Source: Yuukianura sp. NJ FZ-2021 (Eukaryota). From it: a stretch of 64,000 nt of DNA. Of this stretch, positions 23,953-36,133 are shown piece by piece. A model generated the notes under the pieces. That model was not told the origin of the DNA and searched no databases. It saw nothing but the letters and a program-made list of their open reading frames with translations. Numbering within the stretch: position 1 is the first letter of the stretch; every line of letters starts with the position of its first letter. The stretch covers positions 5,642,001-5,706,000 of the forward strand of contig CM102285.1 of the NCBI GenBank assembly GCA_046563655.1, written 5' to 3'. A program made the translations under genes and the position numbers.

Positions 23953-26832
23953 TTATACACGATCTTCCAAAATCATTGCTGCTGCCTTCTCGGCGATCAT
24001 GATTATAGGAGTCATGGCATTACCTGAAAAAAAGTTGTCACTTCTTTTATACATTTTTTTTTATAAAATTTCACGTTTAAAAATTTATTTAATATTTTTC
24101 AGAAAACGAGAACTGGGAAGATTTTGTTTTTTGAAAACGTTACCTGTAGGAATCGATGGCATAATTGAAGCATCCCCAACTCGGAGTCCTTTGATTTGAC
24201 CTCGAACTCTTAGTCGTGTGTCAACCACTGCTGAATTGTCCTCATATGACCCCATTTTGCATGTTCCGCAAGCATGGAGCTCACTTCCTGACAACCATTT
24301 GATTTTACATGCAATGTATTCGTCTGATTGGTCACTGGGATCCGTTGCGTTAAAAAACTGGGCACACCCTGCCAGTGGAGTTTCAAATGCTTTGGCACCA
24401 ATTTTTTGAAAGGCTTCCGTTGTGCCCAATTTCATTGCAATTTTATGTCCTGCCACAAGTCTCTGCAAATCTTCCGGCTGCGTTAGATAAGCCGGGTCAA
24501 CCAGCGGAGGGTCAGTATAGTTGGTTGACCTCAACTTGACCTGACCTCTGCTCCGGACATAATTCAGACACATGATGATGTTCAGTGTTGGTTGACTTCC
24601 GTATTGTCCATAGTAGTCATTCGTTTCTTGATTCCCTAACGGTCCCGTTCCTATTCCGTCGACACCTACAGGCAAAGCGGATGGTTCAATCATGGTATCG
24701 GCAGGACCGAAAGTGGCGCCATTCGTAGGAACATCAGTTTGAATCTGGATTGCGCCTGCCTGGTGAAAGTAAAACTGAGACGCCAGAGGACCAGTTCCAT
24801 TGGAGTAAAATGCTTCCAAGTTTTCAGTGGTCAACAAATCCTGCCAGTCCGAAAAAACAGTAGTGTTAACCACAAAGTCAACACCGCCAACTCTTGTGTG
24901 ATCGTGAAAGTTGTGTCCAACGGGCAGGTCAGCCACGACAGGAATTCCTAGGCTTTTCAAATCCTCTTTCGGACCGACTCCGGACAAAAGCAGAATTTGG
25001 GCTGAAGCGATTGCTCCGGCTGAAACGATGATCTCTCCGGCCGAATTGATCTTGGCAACGTACGTGACACTGTTGTTGTAGCGAAACTGCACAGCAACTG
25101 CTCGCTTATTTTTAAAAATAATTTTGGTTGCAAAGGCACTCGTGATGATGGACAGGTTATCCCTGTCCACAAGTGGACCGAGGTATGCCTTTGGCAGTGG
25201 ACAGTCGTTTGCCATCTCTCATGGTCCGCTGAATCCTCGTTGAGCCAAGTTGATTTGGTCCATTGATGTCTGTCTCTGGATATCCAAGTTCTGCCGCTCC
25301 TTAAATCAAAGCAAGGTTGGTAAACAAAAAAAAAATTCTACACCAGGTTATCCAGTAACTCGAAGTCTAAAACTTTGTTTGAAAGTAAGAAATCTTGCCT
25401 TCTATGGTATTTTTTTGCATGTAACGTGTAAGATTGGTACTAAAGGTGTTTGAGAAGTAAAGATTTGTGAAAACCCTGAGTTACTGGACAACCTATATTG
25501 TAGGAAATACAATCCCGTTGTCAAGAAACCTTGAATAAAAGTGTCCGACAGAAGGCGGTAGGGGGCAGTAGCTTGGTCAATGTCTGGAGTGGAAATTGTC
25601 ATTGGTCCTTCCGTTCCATGGTAAGTCGTATCTAGCCTAAAAACTGGATCTGTTTGATTTTCCATTTTTTTGAAAAATGGCAAAACGTCTGCGTACGACC
25701 ACCCCTCTGCACCGTAGTCCAGAACCCATCCGTCGTAGTCTTTTGCCCCACCACGATTGTGCATCATCCCATTCACCGTGGTCCCACCTAAGAAGTGAAG
25801 AATACATTTTACATCCAAAATACCAACTAAACTGCATTTAGGCCAATTTATAAGTTGAAATTTAGGCCTTCACAAATTAGGCAAGAAAAACTAGGCTCCC
25901 CATTATGCCCAAAACGGACTAATCTTGAAAAAATCAGCGGTAGGTTTGGTTCACTCCACCATACTGATTGGTGCTTTCAATACCAAGCTTTAAGGCATCA
26001 TTGATGCCCTATTATTGTTTGGCATACTTGAATTAGTCTAAACATCAATTTTGAGCTAGGTAAGGAACAAACAAAATCGATTTTTTCCCCAAAATTCCGA
26101 ACAAATTTGGCCTTCATCGATTATGCCCGAGAAATTCCAAATTCACGACCTACTTCTTTACGGATGAAAATTTGTATGGACACATCAACGTAATAAATGA
26201 GTACGAACTTAAGGAAAATCTCTAAAGAAAAAATATTACGGAAATCAATATATATATTTTGAAAAAAATTTGCTACCTCCGAGAGCTCTTCCAATGAAGA
26301 TAGCAACTTCGTTGTTTATGAATGCAAAAGCAGCATTTTGTTGAGGTACTGTCAAGTACTGGTTGAATTGTGTCGTAGGTGGAGCCCAGTTAAGATAATC
26401 CATAGCTGGAATGTCATTGGACACAGTTTCTACGTCGCCTTTTTCAAGGACAAGAACGCGCAGACTAGGGTTCTCAGCGAGACGTCCAGCTATGACACAC
26501 CCAGCATTTCCTGAATTTAAATAGAATTATACTTGAATACGAGCAATTTAAATTGTATGATATGTGCGTAAATGGGATACAAAATTCTAATTTTCCTTAA
26601 ATCAATTAGTACAAATATCAATTTCTGGTTAAATTTCAATACTAAAATTTAATTAAATCTTAATTAAAGTTAATGTGACTTTACCTCCTCCGATGACAAT
26701 GTAGTCGAATGGTTCCCGGAGTGTTTTCGGCAGTTTGCGGGTCAAGGCTTGGTGGTCCCTGGTTTCTTTCAAAACGCCAATTGAAATAGCCAGCAACGCT
26801 GCTGTCAAAAGTGATCCAGTGGAAACTACCAT
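23953..26832 (-). CDS. GMC oxidoreductase copy 4 with a +1 frameshift at ~25190 (pseudogene or sequencing error)
   Basis: Near-identical to copy 3. GCCTTTGGCAG versus GCCTTGGCAG in copy 3 shifts RLSTAKAYLG. Catalytic ELHACGTCKMG and GNAMTPIIMIAEKAA are retained. Confidence 0.8.
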
Positions 26833-26946
26833 TTTCAAAAAATTTTGGCGGGATCGTGTTGCCCCACTATACTAAAATGAACTAAAAAGATGATCGAAGA
26901 TAATTGCAAACTTATAAATACTTCACGCCACTCATTTCTACATGTC

Positions 26947-28038
26947 ACGAGGAGAGGCTTTCAACGGTTTCTAAAGATAAATTGTGAGACTAGTCTTAAA
27001 AAACGTCTTATAATTAAAGAAAAATTTTGACACTACCATTTTTTCATTTTCCAGCGCCAAAAAAAGTTAACGCGAGGTGGATTCAAACCCCGGCCATGCT
27101 ATCCAGGTTAAAGTTACAATTTTTTTTCGCAAAATTTAAATTGAGTTTAAAGTGTTAAATAAAAAATATAGTAAAAAAAATATAAATATAAAATATAAAT
27201 ATAAATATAAAATATATAAATATATAAATATAAAAAATAGTAAAAATATATTTTTTTCCAGCATTTCAATGGTCTGTGATGGGGTTTTGTTAGCCTTGAA
27301 GTTTGAATTTTAAACAATTTTTGATATAGATTTTGATATAGAAGATTTTTTCAAATATGTAGAATACCCACATGGTTCGATCCTATGAGGGGGATCGACT
27401 GCTTTTCAACAGGATTTGCTGCAAACTTTTTCTTAAGAACACAACCAAAAATTACACTAACCTATAGAAATAATAACAGGTGCACATAGTAAATTACGCT
27501 TGCAGTTATATTTTTTAATTTAGTTTCAGACTGTGTCATGAAAGGGCCCAAACTTTGCCCCTGACGGCCCTGCAGGTTGTCTCTTTCAAAGGACGGAGTG
27601 CGCGTGGCATCTCAAAATCTCAAATGACAACAAGATTTTCCGCAACTGTTTTCAGACGTCTCGATTCTCCACAAGTTTTTTTGAACACCTCGATTCTCCG
27701 CAGGTTTTTTTCGACGTCTCGATTCTCCGCAACCTTTTTTCGACATCTCGATTTTCTGCAAGGAAAAAGCATGCAGAAAATGTTGAATGTTAATATTTTC
27801 TGCAAACAATTTTTGACGCCTCGATTTTTTGCAAGGAATTTTTGGCTGTGTTTTTAAGAAAAAGTTGGCAGCAAATCCTAATGCTAATCTCCCCTCATAC
27901 GATTCCACCAATAGCAAACTTTTTTCCTCACGCAGAGAAAAACTAAACTAGTGTCAATAATTTTCTGAAATTATAAGAAATCTTTTGTGACTAGTGTCCC
28001 ATAATTTATTTGAGAGACGGTTGAAAGCCTCTCCTCGT
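26947..28038. mobile_element. Non-autonomous TIR element containing a nested element
   Basis: ACGAGGAGAGGCTTTCAAC...GTTGAAAGCCTCTCCTCGT termini with ~100-bp imperfect TIRs; (AAATAT)n tract at ~27175-27240. Confidence 0.75.
27372..27910. mobile_element. Nested MITE with internal ~33-bp tandem repeats
   Basis: AGGATTTGCTGCAAACTTTTTCTTAAGAACACAACCAAAATT inverted against AATTTTGGCTGTGTTTTTAAGAAAAAGTTGGCAGCAAATCCT; GACGTCTCGATTCTCCGCA repeats at 27630-27760. Confidence 0.7.
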
Positions 28039-28260
28039 CAGTTAAACTTGCTGGAATTAATCATCAATTACTAGTTATGGGTTTTACAGTGATCTTGACC
28101 TACTTGGAACGCTTCACTTCCAAAATTGTTGTGCAATGACAATGTATTGAATTCTGCACATTAAGCATTCTGCAGCAATTTGGATCACATTGCATCCGCC
28201 TTACATATTTAAGTGCTTTTGCAATACAAGAAATTGAGTAAACTTCCAAAAGTTAAGCAA

Positions 28261-28700
28261 AAAGGGAAAGGCACAAAGTCCATAAGAAAGTGGGCTTGGT
28301 GGTATTCGGACGAAATTTTTTCCAGTTGTTTGGGTCAATACAGGGATCATATATGCAAATTTTCAGTATTCTAGAAACGATAGGTCACGTGTCACATGGG
28401 GTGAAAGGTCACCATGTTATCCTATGCCGACCCCATGCATGCAGCATGTCGTTGGAACGGGCTTGATGTCCTAATTCAGAAAATGTATATATCGCTAGCT
28501 ACGGCGTAAGACAACAAAGTTATTGCCTATCTCGTAGTCTAAAATTGAGGTCGATGGCGAGATGAGTTTCATAATTAAAGTTGCGGTAGAAAATTTGCAT
28601 ATATGATCCCAGTATTGACCCAAACAACTGGAAAAAATTTCGTTCGAATACCACCAAGCGACCAAGCCCACTTTCTTATGGACTTCGTGCCTTTCCCTTT
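28261..28700. mobile_element. MITE with ~100-bp near-perfect TIRs
   Basis: AAAGGGAAAGGCACAAAGTCCATAAGAAAGTGGGCTTGG... at 28261 is inverted at 28591-28700. Confidence 0.85.
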
Positions 28701-28911
28701 ACGAATTGTACATCTAAGTCCTTTGATTATATTATATAATTTATATATTAAGTATTTTTTATACAATACTCTCCCTGCGGTCATGAGCCCATATGGAGAG
28801 GTAATTTATACATCGATATTATTATATCTTACTATCCAGTTGAATAAATTGATGTTTAAAAAAAATGTGTTGAACTGAATGAAGTTGTAAAAATATTGTC
28901 GAACGAATCGT

Positions 28912-30997
28912 TTAATTTGCAGCAAAAAATTCTACCGTTCGGCCATTGAGTGGTTGAATTGGACGATAGTTTGCAAGCATCCGCGACTGTGCACTCCTAA
29001 TAGCCCAAAACTGTTCCAGCTATGAGAAAATTTTCATGAAATTTTTATCATTACAGAATGCGTTTTTTCCAAAACGTACTTGGGATTTTGAAATTGCCAC
29101 TTCTTGCAAAAATACAGTCCAGATAACTTTTTCCTCACAGGCAGGAGTGGTCAAAGATCCATGGTAACGAGCAAATGTAAAATCAAGTGGGTAGAGGTCA
29201 GTAAATTTTAGTATCAATGACACATGCTTTCCAGTGCCAGAGATACGTAGATTTGGCAGTTCTTGGACGATTCCCCTCAATCCCACGTTTTCATTGTTGG
29301 CCACCTAGGAATGTAAAGGGCAAAGGTCAAAGGTCAAAAATCGAAGGTCGTCATGACAATAACATTTTGATTCACACTTTAAAGAAAATGGCCATGACTG
29401 CTAGAGCTGTGGAGTCTGATGATTTAATGGCGGCTGCCAAAGAGGGAAAGTTTGATTTGTAATGAACCATGTGCAGTTCCATGACGGCCCTAAGAAATTT
29501 AACTTATAAATTTTTTCCAAAAATTTCAAATTGTAAATCTTTTCCAAAATTTGAGTTTTTGGATTAAGGCTTCCGTGTTGTGTTACGCACTGCTTTCCTT
29601 CCACAGTGTGTTCTGATCCAGCGTAACCATATCCCCAGTGAAAATGGAACTGCGCCAATTTGTACCTTCCTGGCAACTTCCCGCCAGAAATGACTAAATT
29701 TTCCTGTGCCCAAGTAGCCACTTCAAATTGCACTGCCAAAAATAAGCCAAAGGTCAAAGGTCAAGGTCAAACTGTATTTTTTTTTCAAATTTCTGACCGG
29801 TATGTCCGTTATTTTGGGCATACAATCCAAAATCCAATGAATTTCTGTAACTATCTGATGCTTGAAATCGGGTTTTCTCGGTGGGACGCCCACTGCCCCG
29901 TTGGATGTTTATGGGAGACTGTTGGTAACCATGGTTACAGAAGCCACCCCATGTATTTGGACCACAGGATGGACGGTCATAGCACCAAGAGTCGCCTAAA
30001 GCTATGACAACATAACATAATTATAATAATACGTCATCAAGGTTGATTTAGCAACGAATAAATAGTATTCCTTCAACAAAAACGTCAAACTCGAGTTATT
30101 GCCTAACCTATTAAAGAAAAACTATTTCTTTATTTATCCACCTTGAGTATAATTATTATCATAGTATAGTATATAACTTAAAAAGCTTAACAGAAATAGT
30201 TTACCAAATTCTCCATAGATGCTGTTCGATGGATCACCCTGTTTCAAACAAAATTCTTCACCGAATTTAAAATTTTCAGGTTTCTTAAGTTTTGGTTAAA
30301 ATTTGTTATGATCTTTGCAAATTGTAACTTTTTAAGAATTCTAAAAGCGGAAGTTGTAGGAATACAGAAAAGTGAAGTGTGCCGTTCGTCCGGTTATTTT
30401 TAAGAGACTGCAATTCTAGATCAAAATTTAAAGCGTTTGAATTTGAAACACTTAGAAATTCAAAAATTTACAAATTCAAAAACGGTGGCTGCAGCATTCA
30501 TAACGGAATTGCCTTTATAGTAGTCTGCGGGAAATGCGTAGCGTGGCCTAAAATTTAATCAAATTGAAAAGCAGTTTAATTTTTTTTTAAATGAATTTGT
30601 ATATCATTGAACTTACGCCTTGACTTGGTTAACTTCTAGATTAGTATGGTCAAATTCAGCTGCGCGAAGGGCACGACGAATGCTGCTTGACCTGCTCCTT
30701 TTAACCCAAAATTCGGTCGAGGAGTTTACTTCTACTTTGTTTCCGAAAAAGTAGCACTGAAATTTTGAAGTATTTAAACCAATTTCGACACAATCTTTCG
30801 ACTTTTTTTGAAAAAAAATTAAAACGTTTTCGTACATTTGGATCTGCGCTTCTTATATCCATTAACTTTTTGGCTTGACCGTCAGTTTGCGGCGTGACCT
30901 TGAACGTTCTGTAGGTCTTATACGACACTTCATTTCCGGTGAATCCATAGCAATCACTCAGTATTACAAGTAAAACACAAAGTGTAAGTTTAACCAT
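28912..30997 (-). CDS. Secreted alpha-carbonic anhydrase with an N-terminal M14 carboxypeptidase activation-peptide-like domain
   Basis: Signal peptide MVKLTLCVLLVILSDCYG. CA motifs QSPINI, NNGHT, QFHFHWG, GSEHT, MELHMVH, YHGSLTTP and NYRPIQPLNGR are all present. 5' exons 30997-30836, 30756-30617, 30547-30484, 30407-30366 and 30238-30205 splice in frame into 29995. Confidence 0.8.
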
Positions 30998-31474
30998 GGT
31001 GTGAATCTATTTAATGAAACAGAAATTACTAAACTTCTATACTAAACGAATTTCCCAGTTTTTAAACTTCTTGAAACATACACATGACCTCTTCACCATA
31101 ACATAAAACTAAAAAAACGCTTGGTGGATCAAAAACTTATCATGTTTTGAATTAAAACATATTTTTTCACCTCCAAAGTACACGGTAGTGAAAAATCAGA
31201 AATTTGAAAGTTCAGAACTTAGATTAACTGAGGTTTTTGAGTTGAGGTCATCGAGGTCAAACGTTAAAGAGCTTGAATTTGCATGTTACAACAGAAATGA
31301 ACTAATCTGTAAACCTGACAAAAAATCAAGTGTAAGTTTTTGCACTGAGATGTCAATGACCTTTGACCTTTGACCACTGTGTATTTCTGGATAGGAAAAA
31401 AAATTCATTTATTTTAGTCCTGTTTTAGAATTAACAAAGATTATACCAAAATTAAAAACAAAACAATGATTTTC

Positions 31475-33405
31475 TTAATCATCTATTCGTTTGAGGCAAA
31501 TTCGAATTTCTTGAGTAGGGAGTCTTGCGTTTCTACACTTTTCTGATTTTTGATGTTGTAGCAAAATGGCTTTTGTATCAAAATATGCATTGTAGATGCA
31601 TTTGTAGCAGTGGTATGGTTTTTCCTTGATGTTGTGTTTCCTCCTAAGATGAGTCTTCAGTCCGCTGTGTTGTGCAAAACGAACTGCGCAGAAGCGGCAT
31701 TTGTACGGCGTCTTCCCACAGTGAACTAGTCTGTGAGTGGTCAGAACGCCTTTTGAGTGAACTCTTATGTGACAAATATTACAAGCGTAAGTTTCCCTTT
31801 GCCTTCCATGAGTCTCCATATGTCGTCTTAAATTGAACTTTGTTGTAAACGTTCCATTGCAAAGCAAGCACTGTTCCGATTTTTCATTTGTATGGGACCT
31901 AACATGAGATTGAAGTCCAGCAAGTTCTACAGTCGAATGTGGACAGAATGGACACTGATACGATTTCTCCCCGATATGCCGCTGTATATGTGCGTTCATG
32001 AGCTGAAAGTTTCAAAATAAAATTAAAGAAACAGTAATGTACTACTCTATTTCACGGCATATACCACGCACTCTCGTCTAAAACGCACTAAAGATAAGAT
32101 ACAATTCTTATGACAAATTAAAACGAGATTTCTCAGTCAAAATTGTCATCAAAATTCATAAAACCCCGAAGTACCAACACTTATTTTGATTATTTTGATA
32201 TCAATGATACAATTTTGATACAATTAGGATTAGGAATGAATGTTTTCAAACATCCTCATACCGTGGTTCATTTAAGGCAGTTAATTGTGCAACTAGAGCA
32301 TTCCTGGAACGAATTTGGGAGCACGCCATTGGTTCAAATCCAATTGGTTCAAATGAAAAGTTCAAAACCAATTGGTTTAAGAGGCAAATTGGTTCAAGAG
32401 ACAACTGGTTCAAAACTATTTGGTTCAAGATTCTAATTGGTTCAACAGGCAAATTGGTTCAAGAACTAAATAGATATATTTATTTACTATCAAATCCTGT
32501 TTTATCTTCTCGCGCCAAAGGCGCGGTGTTAGGTTAGGTTATTAAATTCCCCGTAGTGATGCGAAATTAGGTTAGTTAGGTTTCTGCATCCTGTTTCTTT
32601 TAAGTTAATTAGATTTTGAACCAATTGGTCTGTTGAACCAATTAGCATCTTGAACCAAATAGTTTTGAAGCAATTTTCTCTTGAACCAATTTGCCTCTTA
32701 AACCAATTGGTTTTGAACCAATTCATTTGAACTAATGGCATAGAACCACGAATTTGACGATGTTTGGTTGTGGGATTTAGACTATTATTTCTGTGTTTAT
32801 TTGTCAAGTTTCGAGTTTTAATAAATTTTTCGTTTTTGTTTTGCCTCATGGCGTAAAAATAACAGATCACGAATGCGGTATACGCCGTGGAACTGGGCAC
32901 TTATTTTAATAATTTCTAATAATTTAATTTAAATACCTCTTTGGAATGAGAACGATATTGGCATAATCCGCAACTAAGTCGTTCGGTCGGACTCAAATGG
33001 TTTTTCTTATGACGTCTAAGTGATGTTATATTCAAGTATGATTTAGCATATGGTACATTCAAATGGACGTGAATCTGTATGCTTGCGCATGTGCAAAGGT
33101 AGATTCATTGATTTGACCAATTTGTGACATGTGGCACATGTTACCAGATTTGATCTTGTGTGTTTGAGTAAATGGCTTGTAACTGAATCCTTCCTTATAA
33201 ACTTCTTCGGACATTGAGGACATCCAAACGGTTGTTGATTAGTGTGACGTGACCTGTGATGTCGTTTCAGTTCAGAACGGCGCTTAAACTTTTTGGGACA
33301 CACTGTACACGCAAATGGTTTTTCTGTGGAATATGTACCCATATGCCCCTTCAAAGTCCGTTTTTTGGCAAATTTCTTTCCACATTCCTCACATGCATGC
33401 TCCAT
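31475..33405 (-). CDS. Multi-C2H2 zinc-finger protein (~10 fingers) with a frameshift at ~33045 (possible pseudogene)
   Basis: CxxC...HxxxH repeats with TGEKP-like linkers. After FECTIC a shifted frame continues KSYLNITSLRRHKKNH...CGLC and splices to LMNAHIQRH at ~32002. Finger 1 has H>Y. Confidence 0.75.
32318..32747. mobile_element. Foldback-type MITE with 9-bp TSD, in the zinc-finger intron
   Basis: TSD ACGAATTTG at 32309-32317 and 32748-32756; GG...CC termini; inverted arrays of AATTGGTTCAA; central CGCGCCAAAGGCGCGGTGTTAGGTTAGG. Confidence 0.88.
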
Positions 33406-34504
33406 TTTGCTCCAAATATGAAAATTATTATTTGAAAACTGAAATTCACCGAAAAAAAAAATTATTACGCTCTTACCAAAGTTCAATGCAGTAAGTATAC
33501 ACTTTTATACTCGCGAGAGAAGAGCTTGAAACTTGAATTGTAGAGAGACTTATTTTGGTTGGAAATTTAACAGGACACTCAAGCCTCAAAGCAAAAGTGG
33601 ATGCATTTTGTTTTACGGAGGAAATTGGTGAAACAGAAAATATTTTTAAAACCTTGGAAATCAAATATAAACTTGCCTGGGGGAAGGTGGGACAGGTAAA
33701 CAAATTCTAAAAAAAAAAAACTTCTCGTTCAGCAGACTTTCCGTCACGGTAGGTTTGTTTGTGATTCCACAATTATTTAATAGAAAGCAAAAAGTGACAC
33801 CAAATTTTAGTAATTTGTTGACAAGATTGTAAGAAACTTCCAAATTAAGAAAACACAAGTCGAGGGAAATATCTGTCTTATTCTCTCTAACCAAGGTTGT
33901 TTGAATTGAAATTTTGTTTATTTTTTCTTAATAGGTTATGCTATATAGCTCCTGTTTTAAAAAAAATCGTTTGTTTTGACTTTTGTCTGAAAACGTTGAC
34001 GTCGCGCCAATTAAACCGATGGGATTGGTACAAAATTTGTTTTTGTTTTCGTAATTTTTTGAAAAAATTGAGTTGTGGCATAACCTTTTAGCACATTTGT
34101 ATAAATGGGCACTATAACAACCTTGGTTACACTATAACTCTTTATTTTTTATATCTGACGCAGTTCTGTTTAGCAATTCGAATTCTAAATTATGAATCAG
34201 CAAAGCGGAAAGTAAAAAATAATTGTGAAAATGACAAAATTGGTATGACATTGGTACAAACAAAAATGCGAGGCAACGCCTGAGTTTTTATACGATGTGT
34301 CGTTTTGCGTCGAAAATTTTTTATAAGAAATTAATATATTTTGTATTCTTTTGAACGTCTATTGCATTTCGAACCATTGCATAAAAATTAGAAGTCATCT
34401 TAGATCATTTTGAGACCAGATTATGTTTATTCAAGCTATTCCAGTCAGGAGTAGTCTCTGGTAAAATTTATTTCCTCGAACACTTTCTTCCCGCGGTTGT
34501 TGAC

Positions 34505-34861
34505 TTAAACTGGTTTCATACACTTAGTTCCGCCGCATCCTTTAGGACAGCACATCAACCCCTCCTCACATCCTGTTATTTTACAATCCGAGACTTCGCA
34601 GGTTGAAATCCCTATCGATGGGCATTGGCCCTTAGCTGCTTGTCCTGAATCACATAAAAATGCGTCAAATTTTCAAATTAGAACATTACAACACGACATT
34701 TACAAATACTCACGATACAAAATTTACAAAATAAATACAAAAAGCCCGAAAGAAATTGTATGTAGTTGATTGCTAACACCTGGGAGAGAAGCAGCATCCG
34801 AATTTTCCAGTAGTAGAAAAACGATTCCAATGCAAATAGTCGCAAAAATCAAACGGTTCAT
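34505..34861 (-). CDS. Secreted single-WAP-domain (four-disulfide core) peptide, waprin/crustin-like
   Basis: Exon 34861-34780 encodes signal peptide MNRLIFATICIGIVFLLLENSDA. Exon 34644-34505 encodes GQAAKGQCPSIGISTCEVSDCKITGCEEGLMCCPKGCGGTKCMKPV*, with 8 Cys in WAP spacing. Confidence 0.88.
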
Positions 34862-36133
34862 TGTCGCAATTTTTGAACTTCTCGCTTTCAAAATCAAAGT
34901 TTTTTTAATTTTTTGGCTCAAACGTTTCTCGTACTAACATCAAACGTACTGGAAATTGGAATTCACAGTGTTAATTATATAGGCACTTCAACGACTGTCG
35001 GGACTTTGAAGATCATTTGTCATTGTGATGCAACAAACAGAGTTCTCGGTGCTATAAGCTGGCGTAATGAAAACTCAAAGGATCCGCTTTTGAAACTTCA
35101 AAGGAGCATAAAACTTTAACCATGCTAAATACGTACTGAATTGTAGATAGCTGAGCGCAGTTGCGCAGTTAAATTTTATTTCCCAATTATATTTCAATGT
35201 GCTAGTTATCGCGTTACGTGCTTCTTGAAGCTATTTTTTTCCCTGGAAAGTACATGGAACAACGATTTACAAAAGAATTAGAAAAGGTATGAAATTCATT
35301 TTTAAGTTTTTTGTTAACTCTGCACCTGTTCAACTGCAGGCTGGATAATATTTAGACCACTTTTCTATTTGCCACATTTTTGAAGTTTTGATGCAAATGC
35401 TAAATAGCCGTTCCAAGTCAAAAAGAAACTCGGAAACAGTAAAAACAAGCTATGGCAAGATGTACGACGATACATTTTTGATGTATTTTTTCTTTACAAT
35501 GTGATTAATTTTTGAAACTCTGTGTAACCGGGAAATATGTAAAAAAAAAAAAATAACCACTACACCGAATTTGTGTTTGTTATGAGAGCGAGGAATGAGA
35601 CATAGGAATACAACAAAACAGCATGTTTCTGCAGCATATTGCCACATGATGTATTTATTATACATTTAGATCATAGACATTTGAATTTTAAATGAAACTT
35701 TTTTTAATTAAAAGATGATTTGTGTAGTTAACATGGGAAATATTTTTGTATTATTTTATTTTTTTCATGAATATTTTTAGTATTAGACGTTAATTATTCC
35801 CCGCAGCGACAGGAACAACTTCTGGTAGAATCATTTTGTTTTGGTTTTATTTTGAAAAGGACAATGATTTTAATCTTGAGGTCATGAATCGATATATGTC
35901 ATTTTATAACGTAGCACACATGATTGATGCAATTCATGAAACTATTTTTGCCATTTGATTGATAATATTTTATGGTAGAAGAGCATTTTGTCAACATTTC
36001 ACAAGAACATCAATCATTGTTAGTTGCATTTTATAAAGCACCATTCAAAAAACATTGACACATTTAGTATTTGGTCAAACTGTTTTCGCCTATGTTGCTT
36101 CAAATCTTTTAAAAGTTCAATTTTTAAAACAAA

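Noticed and set aside
32330..32745. Regularly spaced TTGGTTCAA repeats (also ACATCGAC at 10485-11035 and the 33-bp repeats at 27630) resembling a CRISPR array
   Set aside because: Eukaryotic context, short degenerate repeats without unique spacers, arranged as inverted arms or inside MITEs; no cas genes
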